A program made the translations under genes and the position numbers. A DNA stretch of 63,841 nucleotides, counting the filler, from Dugesia japonica (taxonomy: Eukaryota), in assembly GCA_001938525.1 (NCBI GenBank). It is 6 parts of 6 records of this genome, joined end to end, with 100 filler letters (N's around TTAATTAATTAA, not from the genome) between each part and the next. Parts side by side here need not be neighbours in the genome. Positions count along the whole stretch, not along the records: positions 55,242 to 63,841 come from MQRL01586213.1; 5 more parts are not named here. One strand, given 5' to 3'. Positions 63,600-63,841 of the stretch are shown here, in pieces; the stretch's first letter is position 1; every line of letters begins with the position of its first letter. Under the pieces are notes generated by a model. The model saw only the letters and a list, made by a program, of their open reading frames with translations, searched no databases and was not told where the DNA came from.

Positions 63600-63841
63600 T
63601 CTACAACATATAATGATAAATTATTACTAGAATACCTTTGGGTATCCAATTACAGAAACCAAATGCATTTGTGATGGTAGAAATTTATGCAATAAAACAA
63701 ATATCACTTATAAAATAACATGCACCTTTTGTAAGGATACATATATAGGAGAATCATTCAGAACCTGCCGTACAAGATTTAAAGAACATCTCAAACAGAA
63801 AGAAAGTGAAGTCTTCAAACACTTTCAAAACAAACATAATG
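63600..63841 (+). mobile_element. Penelope-like GIY-YIG endonuclease fragment
   Basis: YKITCTFCKDTYIGESFRTCRTRFKEHL...EVFKH, cut by the window end. Confidence 0.8.

Overview
Very AT-rich eukaryotic (animal) DNA made almost entirely of nested, decayed mobile elements. The TE repertoire and ~41-56 nt introns suggest a triclad flatworm (planarian), but that is inference. Five identical 100-nt spacers (N44-TTAATTAATTAA-N44) show the window is six joined contigs (1-13811, 13912-23461, 23562-32006, 32107-46399, 46500-55141, 55242-63841), so adjacency across them is unproven. Contents: a Polinton/Maverick (adintovirus-like) virion module (ATPase end, minor capsid, PW, major capsid, adenain protease, pPolB N-terminus) and several AGTAG-type termini; a NeSL/R5-type RLE non-LTR element; many Ty3/gypsy remnants, one with a nearly complete gag-PR-RT-RH-IN; Penelope-like, mariner and Buster/SPIN-type hAT elements; the 5' half of an SLC16/MCT transporter gene; and a secreted PAN/Apple-domain exon. 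The best candidate for a new system is at 23.6-28.8 kb: a decayed polyprotein with a chuvirus-type (class III, gB-like) fusion glycoprotein directly UPSTREAM of a retroviral-type aspartic protease, i.e. an env-before-pol retroelement. All family calls come from motif recognition by eye, not database searches. Boundaries of decayed elements are approximate.
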